Positions 1-12,363 of a stretch of DNA of 64,000 nt are shown here, in pieces. Position 1 is the stretch's first letter. Every line of letters starts with the position of its first letter. The DNA comes from Octopus vulgaris (lineage: Eukaryota). A model generated the notes under the pieces. That model was not told the DNA's origin, searched no databases, and was given only the letters and a program-made list of their open reading frames with translations. The stretch lies in the NCBI GenBank assembly GCA_951406725.2, contig OX597818.1, positions 61,814,001 to 61,878,000 of the forward strand, in the 5' to 3' direction. Both the position numbers and the translations under genes were made by a program.

Positions 1-300
1 TGAATTAGTGTAAGGGGAAGAGAAAAGAAAGTAATTGGTGGAAAGAAGGGGGTGGAATGAGAGAGCGGGAAGGAAGTTAATAAAGGAGGGGGAAAAGAAA
101 GAGAGAAAGAGGAAGGGAAGCTAATGAGAAGGGGAGGTGAGAGAGAGAGAGAGGAAGAGAAGCTAATAAGGGAAAGGGGGAAGTAATTTTAAGTGAAAAG
201 GGAGGAAATAAAGAGGAAAGGAAATGATCAAAGTGAATTGAAATATTTAATAATGGGGGCGGGTCTGGAGGTGGATGTTGTGGGGTTTGTGAAAAGATAG
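1..300. repeat. Purine-rich (GA/GGA) low-complexity tract
   Basis: Plus strand is strongly A/G-biased; ORF 77..313 is its Leu/Ser/Pro-rich translation. Confidence 0.7.
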
Positions 301-514
301 GAAGCCAGGCCATAAACAGAGATATCCTGAAATGATATTATCTATCCTTTGTATATAGTGAATTACGTTTAATGCTTAATCCGTTAAATATTTAACCAGC
401 AATATAAATCAAAAGTACTCATTAACTAATTAATAATCTTACACACACAATTTTTAATTTGATGGCAAAAACAAAAGATAAATATAAAAATATTAATGAA
501 ATGAAAGCACACAA

Positions 515-548
<34 letters not shown>

Positions 549-566
549 GCACACACACAACCACAT

Positions 567-715
567 AGGTGCTGGCATGGCTGTGTGGTAAGAAGCTCGA
601 TTTCCAACCACATGGTTCCAGGTTCAGTCCTATTCCATGGCATCTTGTGATTGGATTTGATAGATAGAAACTGAAAGCAGCCCATTGTGTGTGTGTGTAT
701 ATATGTATACATTAT
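567..715 (+). mobile_element. SINE family A, 5' part with internal deletion, interrupted by family B insertions
   Basis: tggctgtgtggtaag (A-box-like), ggttcagtcc (B-box-like) and gaaactgaaag match the full copy at 44091-44502; the 3' part resumes near 1905-2145. Confidence 0.8.
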
Positions 716-1543
716 CATCATCATCATCATCATCATCATCATTTAGCGTCCGTTTTCCATGCTAGCATGGGTTGGACGGTTCAACTGGGGTCTGGGGAGC
801 CCGAAGGCTGCACCAGGCCAGTCAGATCTGGCAGTGTTTCTACAGCTGGATGCCCTTCCTAACGCCAACCACTCCGAGAGTGTAGTGGGTGATTTTATGT
901 GCCACCGACACAGGTGCCAGACGAGGCTGGCGAACGGCCACGCTCGGATGGTGTTTTTATGTGCCACCGACACAGGTGCCAGACGAGGCTGGCAGACGGC
1001 CACGCTCGGATGGTGTTTTTATGTGCCACCGACACAGGTGCCAGATGAGGCTGGCGGACGGCCACGATCGGATGGTGTTTGTTACGTCCCCAAAGCACGG
1101 AGGCCAGTCTATGCGGTACTGGCTACGGCCACGTTCGGATGATTTTCTTGTGTGCCACCGGCACTGGTACCACAAAGATACAAATTCCATTGATGTTCAT
1201 CTATTTTGATTTGTTTTGATTTGATTTGATTTGATTTTCACTTGCCTCAACAGGTCTTCACAAGTGTCACAAGAAGGAAGGTATGCACAGGTGGACTGAC
1301 TACGTCCCAGGTAGGGGCCACGGGTTATGGCCTGACTAGTCTTGCCGGGTCTTCGGATGGTGTTTTTATGTGCCACCGACACAGGTGCCAGATGAGGCTG
1401 GCGAATGGCCACGATCGGATGGTGTTTGTTGCGTGCCCACAGCACGGAGGCCAGTCGATGCGGTACTGGCTACGGCCACGTTCGGATGGTTTTCTTGTGT
1501 GCCACCGGCACTGGTACCACAAGATACAAATTCCATTGATGTT
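716..1543 (-). mobile_element. Family B retroelement (RTE-type 3' region, (GAT)n tail) with internal 62-bp tandem units
   Basis: (CAT)n at 716-741; core matches other B copies; ~62-bp unit repeated over ~890-1160; ~1009-1203 duplicated at ~1354-1548; flanked by direct repeats 641-715 and 1544-1618. Confidence 0.85.
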
Positions 1544-1675
1544 CATCTTGTGATTGGATTTGATAGATAGAAACTGAAAGCAGCCCATTGTGCGTGTGTG
1601 TATATATGTATACATTATATATATATTATATATATATATATATATATACATACGCACATATATATATGCCCAAGG

Positions 1676-1711
<36 letters not shown>

Positions 1712-1713
<2 letters not shown>

Positions 1714-1887
1714 TCATCATCATCATCATCATTTAGCATCCGTTTTCCATGCTAGCATGGGTTGGACGGTTTAACTGGGGTCTGTGAAGCCGGAAGGCTT
1801 CATCAGGCCCAGTTAGATTTGGCAGTGTTTCTACGGCTGGATGCCCTTCCTAACGCCAACCACTCCGCGAGTGTAGTGGGTGTTTTT
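1712..1887 (-). mobile_element. Family B, short 3' copy
   Basis: (CAT)n followed by cgttttccatgctagcatgggttggacgg...ctggatgcccttcctaacgccaacc, as at 716-890. Confidence 0.85.
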
Positions 1888-2158
1888 ATATATATATATA
1901 TATCTGTGTGTGTGTTTATTTTTATGTGTTTATTCTCCACTGCTGCTTGAGAAGTGGTGTTGGTGTGTTTACATCTCGGTAACTTAGCGGTTCAGCAAAA
2001 CAGACCCAAAGAATAAGTACAGGGTTTTACAGAAAAAAAAACAAACATTATAAGTACTGGGGGTCAATCCGTTGGTCTAAAATTCTTCAAGGAGTTGCCC
2101 AAGCATGGCCACAGTCTAATCACTAAAACCAGTAAAAGATGGAAATAATAAAAGATAT

Positions 2159-2322
2159 AGGCACAGGAGTGGCTGTGTGGTAAGTAGCTTACTTGCCAAC
2201 CCCATGGTTCTGGGTTCAGTCCCACTGCGTGGCACCTTGGGCAAGTGTCTTCTACTATAACCTCAGGCCAACCAAAGCCTTGTAAGTGGATTTGGTAGAC
2301 GGAAACTGAAAGAAGCCCATCA

Positions 2323-2359
<37 letters not shown>

Positions 2360-2494
2360 GAGAGACCGTAAGACTAAGTACTAGGCTTACAAAGAATAAG
2401 TCCTGGGGTTGATGTGCTTGACTAAAAAGGCGGTGCTCCAGCATGGCCACAGTCAAGTGACTGAAACCAGTAAAAGATAGAGAGAGTAAAGAGT
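2159..2494 (+). mobile_element. SINE family A (tRNA-derived, CORE-like), internally deleted
   Basis: A/B boxes, ccttgggcaagtg, central (TA)n, 3' end ggtgctccagcatggcc...gagtaaagag. Confidence 0.85.
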
Positions 2495-2836
2495 ATACAC
2501 ACTCTTACAGAGATAAGTGTATAGGAGCCGAAAGCACCTGCAAGTCATAGTGTTTAGTTGAAATTTGAGCCAACTTATGAAAAAGAAGCAGAAGAATGGA
2601 GAAGTGTATTGGTTAAGGAATGTATGCTATGTCTGTTGCCAAGCTTCTAACTTCTGTAGGAGTAGAGCTATCTACTTAGATATAAACACAACAGTAGCAT
2701 TGTTAGAAGAGAGCTGCTAAATTGCTCCTAACCCAACAACTGCTTCCAACACAGGCCAGTGAACCAACTTGATAAATACAGTCTATTGTAGTTGTTTTTA
2801 GATTATTAATTTGTGATTTTTGGATTATTATTATTA

Positions 2837-2871
<35 letters not shown>

Positions 2872-3300
2872 TTGGAAATCTTGGTATCTATTTAAAAAAA
2901 ACCGTAATCAATAAGGTCTTTGTTTCTTAGAAAAAGTAATACTAAATAATATAGGTCTTTCTTTAATTAATTGTATAATAAACAGTTATTGGGACGAGAT
3001 GGTGAAAGCTGGTGGATTAGTAATTGCGATGTTTTTATAGAAGAGCCAAGTACAGACATAAGCCGCCTGCATTATGCATTCTTCTTCTTCTCAAAGAAGG
3101 AATTTTTCTTTTAAAGTCTCTAAAATTCTAATGTGGAAAAGAAAAAAAATTTAAACCAAATAAATTAAAGGAAGCGTCGTTATTGGAAGCAACATCGAGA
3201 ATATAAAAGATTTCTATTTTTTTTTAAATGAATGCTACATATAATTTCATTTTTTATTGTTCAATGTAGATCAATTCTAGTAATTGTGAAAATAAAGGTT

Positions 3301-3302
<2 letters not shown>

Positions 3303-3334
<32 letters not shown>

Positions 3335-3432
3335 TAATAATAATAATAATAATAAAGATGATGATGATGGTAGTAATAATAATAATAATAATAATAATAA
3401 TGATAATAATGAAGATGATGTTGGTAGTAGTA

Positions 3433-3488
<56 letters not shown>

Positions 3489-3540
3489 GATGATGATGAT
3501 GGTAGTAATAATAATAATAATAAAGATGATGATGATGGTA

Positions 3541-3585
<45 letters not shown>

Positions 3586-3620
3586 GTAATAATGATGATG
3601 ATGATATGAAGATGATGGCA

Positions 3621-3657
<37 letters not shown>

Positions 3658-3707
3658 TAATAATAATAATAATAATAATAATGATGATGATGATGAAGAT
3701 GATGGCA

Positions 3708-3760
<53 letters not shown>
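3303..3760. repeat. (AAT)n/(GAT)n compound microsatellite
   Basis: AAT runs punctuated repeatedly by aagatgatg...ggtagt/ggcagt; source of the poly-Ile and poly-Leu ORFs. Confidence 0.95.
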
Positions 3761-3762
<2 letters not shown>

Positions 3763-5279
3763 AGGATGGCAATTTTAAATATAAGTGTATCAGAGGTTAA
3801 AAGATGTTTTTTTTATATAATATATATATTTTTAAAGATTTTTACTTTTTTTTATTTCCTTGCATAGATTAACCTGAATGCACCAAGCTTAGACTTGTCA
3901 GTGGATGATGGTTAAAGACAAAGAAATATTGTGTGCATACATTCACAAATTCACACAAATATACATGATGATACATGTACACACACACACGCACAAACAT
4001 GAGAAGCGGAATATTCTACAAGACAAGACCATTATCTTAAGTATTAATTCATATCCTTACATAATGGAAGCAAATAAGAAATAAAGATCTATACACACAT
4101 ATATATATATATATATATATGTGTAAAAGCAATGTGGGTTTTTGAAAATATATTGCATGTCACTATAGAATATGATAAAGCCATATATATTTTGACATTT
4201 CAAGATTTCAAAAGAACAGCTGCTAGCAATAAGTCAATAAAAACCCCTTAAACAAGAAATAGCAGAAAGGTTATTGGCAACAAAAAAATGTAAAAAAAAA
4301 AAAATATATAGAAAGAGAAAGAAATGAAATAAATAAGAGTAGAACAAGAAGAATTTATGTTTGTGTGGACTTTCTATTTATTAAACCAGTCACCAAGGTG
4401 CTTTTTATTGACTGGGACAACTTGAGGCAGCTTTGTCATCTACGGAGAAAGATAATTCGGTAGAAATAATAATTCCTCTCGTAGGCACCAAGCCAGTTTT
4501 ATTTGGTGATGATGATGATTGTGTTTATTGATTTGATGCCCTCAGTTTACTGGTACTTGTTCTGTGGACTGGACTCAGTAGGAACCGAACTCGGGTTAGT
4601 GAGGTCCTACAGACCAACCCCAGAATGGTTGACTGGAGATTCTCATTTATTATCTCTCACCAATTCTATGCTGGGCATAACTATGGATGCACATAACTTT
4701 TTGGTGAATGGCTGATTGGAGACAAAGACGCAAGTACCACTTAAAGCTTTCAGCAATTTGGCATTCGTCTATTACAAATTCTAGATAAGATACATCTCTA
4801 TCATACATCTCTTTATCATATATACATTATTATGTATGTGTGTGTGTGTGTGTGTCAATGTTATATATGCTATTGCCAGCTCACCCTACCTTCAACAACG
4901 TGCATTTGTCCAAAATTTCCCATCACTTACAGAAGCAGTTCTTGAAAGTTTCCAAATGTTAACCACAACGTATTGTATTCATCCTATTCTTATGGATTCT
5001 TGGAATTTTATCAATTTTTTCCCCCTTTCAGCTTAATTGCGATATTTTTGGTACAAAATCTCACATGGAGTCAATTATATTAGACAGATGGTGTAGTAAG
5101 TTATGGTAACAGAAGGATAGGGTGTTCTTTTTTAAATGTTTTTTGTCTTTCTTTTTTGCTTGTTTTTCTTCAATAGAAAGAAAACATGGAGCAATGTATT
5201 GGTATGATGTAAAAGCCAACGATGACCCTCCACTCTGAGAACTCTTGGAAGTTTATCCAAAATCTACATCCATTTACCT

Positions 5280-5511
5280 ATTTCTTTACTACACACAAGG
5301 GGCTAAACACAGAAGAGACAAACAAGGACAGACAGAAGGATTAAGTCGATTATATCAACCCCAGTGTGTAACTGGTACTTAAGTTATCGGCCCCGAAAGG
5401 ATGAAAGGCAAAGTTGACCTTGGCGGAATTTGAACTCAGAACATAACGGCAGACGAAATACCACCAAGCATTTCGCCCGGCATGCTAACGTTTCTACAAG
5501 CTTGCTGACTT
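5280..5511 (-). mobile_element. SINE family M (tRNA head + Meta-domain-like core) with 18-bp TSD
   Basis: Core ccccgaaaggatgaaaggcaaagttgacct is shared with the copies at 19937, 41290 and 56241; flanks atctacatccatttacct (5262-5279) and atctatatccatttacct (5512-5529). Confidence 0.9.
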
Positions 5512-6029
5512 ATCTATATCCATTTACCTTGGCTTGTTGTGTTCTGAGGTGAAATCCTACCATGGCCTACCCTGATGATGGACTTAATTCATCTCTTGGG
5601 TCAACATCACCATTCAGCATTTTGGGTGATTTTAGTGGAGTCTTCTCTGTTGCAAGCATTCAGGCTAGGCTTATGGCTTAAGGATACTTTCTTCTCTCTT
5701 TCCCTTTAATCTCAGAGACCCTGGAACGGGTCACCATAGTCATTCCCTTCCAGCCTGACTAAAGATTAATAATTCTATCTCTGTCAATAATCTTTGGCAG
5801 CTGGATGCAGGATAGGGCAATTGCTGCACTAATGACACCTATGAAGGCAGAACCATGTGTCCACGGATGTCCTTTTATCTCGAGACAAAAGTCTTGTCCT
5901 TTTCCTTAATGGCATCTCAACTTGGGAGAATTCTTGATTCTTCAGATGATCTCCCTTTCTCATATGGAGCTAGCACCAATTGCCATTTGATGTGTGTGAC
6001 CCAAGGTCAAGAGGTAGAAACAGTCTTAA

Positions 6030-6250
6030 CCCTTTTGATACCAACCCAGCTGAAACTGGCTCTGGCTCTGAGTACAAATGTCTCGTTTTCACAAGTTTTG
6101 AATTCAAATATTCCACCAAATCTTAGTCGCAATTTAAGTTCCTAACATTAGCTTAATGATAACTAAGTTATTTTACTAAATTCTTTGTTATATTTAAAAT
6201 TAATTGAAAGAAACACAGAAAATCTCAAAATAAATACGGTAATGAAAGAG
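6030..6250 (-). mobile_element. piggyBac-type MITE (family C1)
   Basis: TTAA|CCCTTT...AAAGAG|TTAA, ~220 bp, similar to many other copies in the window. Confidence 0.9.
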
Positions 6251-7251
6251 TTAATAAGAATTTATGTCATATAGTATTTGATGTGTGTTTATATATGTGT
6301 GTATATTTATTCAAATTGAATGATCAAACATTAAAAATTAAAATAATAAAACAAGAGGATATGCATATGGAATATATATATATATATATATACATACACA
6401 CACACTCACATACACATACACTCACTCACATATACATATATATATATATATATATATGCACACACACACACTAACATATACATATGTACATAATTAACTG
6501 AATTGGCTGGCATAACATGATGCGTCTTGTTCAAAGCCATCTTGCATTGCCTAGTTCTGGAATCGAACACCCACATCCTAATGATCATGAGTTCAACACT
6601 AACCAGTTGGTCATCACGTGCTTCCACAATGTCATTTGCTACGAGGGCCTGGCAAAAACATTGTATCAGGTGAGTGATATTAATTCTCTGCCAGTTATAA
6701 GGGCAATCCAAATACATAGAAAGAAAATTGGGTGTGAAAGCAATAATGATAGTTGATTTGACCAAAGTCGTGTTAAACACATAATAACGTCAACTCCCTC
6801 AGGCAGAAGATGTTTTGCTCTGAACAAAAGGTGTAAGTTAGATTAGTGTGGCTACTGTTTTAATTAGATGTTTCGTTAAAGAAAACATCAGCTGACATGT
6901 TGTTAGAAGGAAACAGAATGAGAGATAACAATGAAGACTCATAGATAGGGAACAAATACTTTTATACGGTATTTCTTCCTTGATTCATGTCATGTCTGTT
7001 TTTCTATGATGGTATGGGTTAGAGGAATACATATTGAAGCTTTGTTTTAGAGCTGTATGTTCTTGTTGTTACTAATCCCAACTGGTTTTTGAAAGGGATT
7101 TCTTTCTTAATCCTATTCATCTTTGAAAACATAGAGCTGAAAGATGACTTTTCTACTGAGAAGGTCAATAAACAGCATTGATTTTTTTTAGTTCAAAGCT
7201 TTCATATGAAGAGCAAGCAGAATGTAAACATTCATACACATGCACATAGAT

Positions 7252-7255
<4 letters not shown>

Positions 7256-7312
<57 letters not shown>

Positions 7313-7547
7313 ATATATATATATATATACACACATATATAAATGTATATATACACATATATATAGTATATATATATTTATATATATATGTATATACATA
7401 TATATATAAATGTATATATACATATATATATGTATATACATATATATATGTGTATATATATATACATATATAAATGTATATATATACATATATATATATA
7501 CATATATAAATGTATATATATACATATATAAATGTACACATATATAA

Positions 7548-7584
<37 letters not shown>

Positions 7585-7641
7585 AATGTATATATATATA
7601 CATATATATATGTATATACATATATATATGTATATATATAC
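7256..7641. repeat. (CT)n + degenerate (TA)n microsatellite
   Basis: Seen directly in the sequence. Confidence 0.95.
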
Positions 7642-7645
7642 ATCT

Positions 7646-7795
7646 TATCTGGCAATGGCATCCAGCTGTAGAAACATTGCCAGATAAGACCGGAGCGTGG
7701 TGCAGCCTTCTGGCTTCCCAGATCCCCGGTCGAACCGTCCAACCCATGCTAGCATGGAGAACGGACGTTAAACGATGGTGATGATGATGATGATA
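7646..7795 (+). mobile_element. Family B 3' fragment
   Basis: ggcatccagctgtagaaac...ggacgttaaacgatggtgatgatg. Confidence 0.85.
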
Positions 7796-9177
7796 CATAC
7801 ATATATATATATGTATATATATATACATACATACATATATATGTATATATATACATATATTCACACATATGAAAATTCCATACAGTTTCTGTCTAACAAT
7901 TTCTCACAGGAGGAATTGGATGGCATCACCCAACATTAGAAAACGCTTGCAAAAAGGGGTACGAAGCTAAAGACTGTGTCTTAACAAGGTGACCCACAAC
8001 CCCCACCCTACCAGCTCAATACCCATACAACTGAAATTGATATTTAATAATAAATGATAACAACATTAAAGATGCCCGTATTGTAACTGATTATGGCAAA
8101 AAAAAAATGCTTAAAGGTATATTTTGTTATTTATAAATATTTTATAATAAACAGTGAACATAATTTTCAAATAAGCCAATCAATGGTTCACTGAATTTTT
8201 AATGGTGAGTATGACAAGGGATGTTGTGTAAACTCACTGCAAAACAATTATCCCAAGGGATTATTTGGAAAGTAGCATATGTCTTGTTTTTGGTTTTCTT
8301 GCCAATATTCACATCTTCCACTTATACATATTTCCCAAAAATATACACACATGCAGTAGGAGATTGGCCAGGTTGCCAGCTTGCTCAATGGCAAGTGGGC
8401 CCCTGTGCCATTAGAATCCATATATGGGGGCCATGTTAGTATTTAAGGGGCTCATCCTCTGAAGTTTGAGAATTTTTTATTCACTCCTGGAAGAATGCAT
8501 TAATTATTTCAGCCTGTGTTTGTAGACATTTGAAAAGAATACTTTTAACAAAAAAAAAAAAAATTAAGTGATAGCATTATAATTGCGGGTGAGCCTCGTT
8601 AGTCTCCTAGCAACCAATATTTTTAGACTCCCAGTCTGTGACTGCACACATATACAAAAACAAATTTTGGCTGTGTTCAGTCTCACTGAATGGGCAAGTA
8701 TCTTCTTTTATAGCCTTGGGCCGACCAATACCGTGCGAGTGGATTTGGTGGAAAGGAAACTGAAAGAAGCCTGTTGTGCATATATCTGTATGTGTGTGTG
8801 TGTGTATGTATGTTTCTGTGCTTTTGCGTATGTGTTTGTCCCCCAGCACTGTTTGTCAACTAGTGTTGGTGTGTTTATGTTCTTGTAACTTAGCGGTTCA
8901 GCAGAAGAAACCGTGGAAATAGATATATTTAGTGGAAATGAAATGTAAAAAGACAATTAAAGGTTGAGTTCTACAGATTGGTAGAAATTACTTATAGGAA
9001 CTAAAGGTATGTTTTTGTCAGTGCTTACAATGATAAGCATGTTCTTTAAATGCATTCTTTTCCCTGAGAAGATTGCATTGTTTTACATCCTTTTATTCCT
9101 TGCGGAATAATACCAATGTTTTCTTTGAAACATATGTCGGAAATATATAGATTTGAATAACACCTGCATTTAACTCC

Positions 9178-9229
<52 letters not shown>

Positions 9230-9724
9230 GTATGGCTCAGTGATGTTTGTGTTAAAAAGAACGAACTCACTACATGAAGTAGAGTATACATATTGATATA
9301 TGTATAAACTGCATTTCATTGTATATTCTATGATTTCTTTTAATACATCCAGTAATTTACATTTTTATATGCACTTATTTTAACATGCATCTCTTAGTAT
9401 TCATAATAAATGTATAAATAATTGTACATTATTATTTTTATGTACATCGTATTAATGGACTGTATTGTATAGAATATATATATATGTATACACACATACA
9501 TATATATACACATACATACATACACACATGCGTATATATATACACATATACATGTCCCTCTCTCTTTATGTGTGTGTATATGGTGTGCATTATGTATCAT
9601 GCATTTTGCGTTTTATGATATATGGTTTATTTTAATTATTATTGACTTTCACATGAATATGTGTGTGGGTGGGTGGGGGGAGGCAATTCCATCTTTACTT
9701 CATTTTTGGCTAAATGATTTTTAA

Positions 9725-9897
9725 CCCTTTTGTTACAGCATTTCTCTTGGGTCCCACTGCTGTTATTTCAAGTAGTTTTGAAAATAATAAAGAATTTACC
9801 AAAATAACTGTCATTATTAAGCTGGTATCTGGAACATAAATGGACATGAAGCACCATAGATCCCGTAGGGTCTCAAACCAGTTGGTATTGAAAGGCT
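9725..9897 (+). mobile_element. Diverged piggyBac-type MITE (C1-related)
   Basis: TTAA|CCCTTTTGTTAC start, aaagaatttaccaaaataact core, ttggtattgaaagg end; similar older copies near 29300-29530, 32814-32990 and 50185-50405. Confidence 0.65.
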
Positions 9898-9928
9898 TTA
9901 GTAAATTCAGTATAGCATATTTTTGTTT

Positions 9929-10301
9929 GTGGAGGCACAATGGCCCAGTGGTTAGGGCAGCAAACTCGCAGTCATAGGATCATGGTTTCGATTCCCAGAC
10001 TGGGAGTTGTGAGTGTTTATTGAGTGAAAACACCTAAAGGTCCCCGAAGCTCCGGCAAGAGGTGGTGGCAAACCCAGCTGTACTCTTTCACAACTTTCTT
10101 TCACTCTTTCTTCCTGTTTCTCTTGTGCCTGTATTTCAAAGAGCCAGCCTTGTCCCAGTCTGTGTCACGCTGAATCTCCCCGAGAACTACATTAACTACA
10201 TGTCTGTGGAGTGCTCAACCACTTGCACGTTAATTTCATGAGCAGGCTGTTCCGTTGATCGGATCAACTGGAACCCTTGTTGTCGCAACTGACAGAGTGC
10301 C
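9929..10301 (+). mobile_element. SINE family D (tRNA-like head 1 + body + tail X)
   Basis: tggcccagtggttag A box, ggtttcgattccc B box; head and body shared with 33043-33225 and 29780-30074; tail shared with 16560-16738 and 26232-26380. Confidence 0.85.
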
Positions 10302-11287
10302 ATGGATTAGCCCTATCCTGATTAAGCAGTCTTTGCTGAAAGGCATTACAATTATGACCACTCTATATTTTTTAGGGGTATACAGAACTGTATCTTCTAA
10401 TAAACCCTTTCCTTAAGATGGTAGAGTTTAATTTGAGGGATATTTTACTGCTATTTCTAGCAAGTTGAATGACCACATAAAGTTTCCTTTTGATTCTTGT
10501 GTTTTCATATCATGTCATGCGTAACACATGCCTCCACTGCGCATCACTGAAGCGGGGGTCCCTGATGCATTAACATGGGCCAAGCCGTAGTTCTGCTGCT
10601 CCTACGAATTGCCTAACTGCAGCGGCAGCAAACAATAAATTGCTCCATTGGATTATTTATTTTTTTTTTTGCTTTCTCAATCAAATATTTGATATAGGTC
10701 ACCGTTCAGAATTGTATTTAATAATGAAAAGGTAATTAGATAATAAATAAATAAATAAATAAAGCAATTAAAAAAAATAAACTGAAATAAAACAAAAAAA
10801 GAAAATAAGCCAATTGACCCATAACACCCAAGTAGTATGTATTTTCCAGTTAAAATAGATTGAAGCTAGACTTGGATTGCTTAAGGGCACAGAGCATGGA
10901 ATATTGAAGGGGTTTGAACTTTTGCTACGAGATCATTAATCATTTCCAGCAAATAAATTGAACAGAATGGAAGTATTTAAACAATTTTATATAATTGGTT
11001 TTAAAAGCCATATCTTGGCTCCATACCACCACTACCACTACCACAACCACCACCACTGCCATCATCATCATCGTCATCATCATCATCATCACTGTTGGTG
11101 AAGCAGTAAATTCTTGGCAAATGGAATCTACAGCACAGTTTTTATTCTCAGTTGGGATTGATTCACAAATATATATATATCAGAACATTAAGAAATACTT
11201 GTGTAATTTTCCTCTCCCTTTCACTCAAACCTTTAAAACTTTATGACTAAAAATGAGATTATTAATGCAACTATTTTTATTGAAATC

Positions 11288-11333
<46 letters not shown>

Positions 11334-11948
11334 CCCTCATCATCATTTAGTCAAGCCAGTGAGTCAGCCCCTATGTGTAGACTTGACCAGCTAGAATAGC
11401 AGCCAAATCTGTCTTAAATCATACCCTAAAACAAGAATACTGAATGGAAACTCGGTTCCTTGGTGTATTTTCTCTAAGCCATGAAAAGCAACCATGCTGG
11501 TGCCATGTAAAATCACCAGTCCACTTTGTAAAGTGGTTGGTGTTAGGAAGGGCATTCAGCTGTAGAGACCATGCCAAAAACAGACATTGGATTCTGGTGC
11601 TGCCAGCTCCTGTCAAACAGGACAACCCATAACAGCATAGAAAATAGTTGTTGAATGATGATAATGATGATGAAGGATACACGAGGTAATGTAGTCTTCT
11701 TTAACCCTAAGAAGAGAGAGGATCATGGCTAGAGTGTCTGGTGTGTCCAATGAAGACAGAACTGAAGCTAAACAACTTGGTATTGAACCCCTAAATAGAC
11801 TTAGACAGTGGAAATACTATCTCAGCCATGGATGCAATACATAGATGATGAAAAAATAAATTACCATTGCTTCAGATGGGAGACCAACCCAACCAACACA
11901 GTCAGGTCCACATTCATTATTTGCCCAAGTTCTCCATATTGTTTTACC

Positions 11949-12233
11949 TTAGTTGATCTGGTGCCCTAATCTTGATTGTTACTTTCATTACATATCAAAT
12001 GTTGTCTGCTCTAGCCTTCTTCTGGTGCCTTATGTTGGACTCGGTTGTGGTATTAGAATTTCAAACCCAACTCTTTATTTGGATCAACAGGGAAATAAGA
12101 AAAGTGTTTTCCTGTAGATCAATTAAAGGGTTGACAACTAAGTTCAGCACAAAACTCCTGAAGAAGACAGGAACATACAATGGCCGAAAAATGGTGTAAA
12201 CAACAATCAAGACCAGGTCACCAGTCTGACTAA
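11949..12233. mobile_element. Decayed inverted pair of Penelope-like hammerhead-tail modules
   Basis: ctgaaga (12158-64)...ggccgaaa...aacaatcaaga on +, mirrored by atcttgattgtt...ccttcttctggtg at 11969-12028; outer arms ttagttgatctggtgccc and ggtcaccagtctgactaa. Confidence 0.55.
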
Positions 12234-12363
12234 ATCTCACCAATATAGAACTGTGTTGTCTAAGTGGCTTTAGCTGTCACAATCTGGGACAAATCTTTGC
12301 TTCTTTCTTCTACTTTTATGGCTTCAAAATTCAACACCAGTTCATCATTGGTGCTGGATTTAA

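Noticed and set aside
889-1160. CRISPR-like regular repeats (also 53462-53738)
   Set aside because: Units are contiguous tandem repeats without unique spacers, in eukaryotic DNA with no cas genes.
759-1570. Cys/His-rich repeated ORFs (CHRHRCQ, LWHLCRWH) resembling metal-binding proteins
   Set aside because: They arise from the 62-bp tandem units of family B, open in several frames on both strands.
3232-3800. Long ORFs of poly-Ile/Met/Leu
   Set aside because: Translations of (AAT)/(GAT) microsatellites; the same applies to the YI/HT/CV-rich ORFs at 7165-7864, 17818-18363, 30393-30812, 38150-38786 and 62218-62992.
5540-6025. GC-balanced unique stretch that could be a decayed TE coding region
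   Set aside because: No recognisable protein motif in the frames I read; it cannot be classified without a search.
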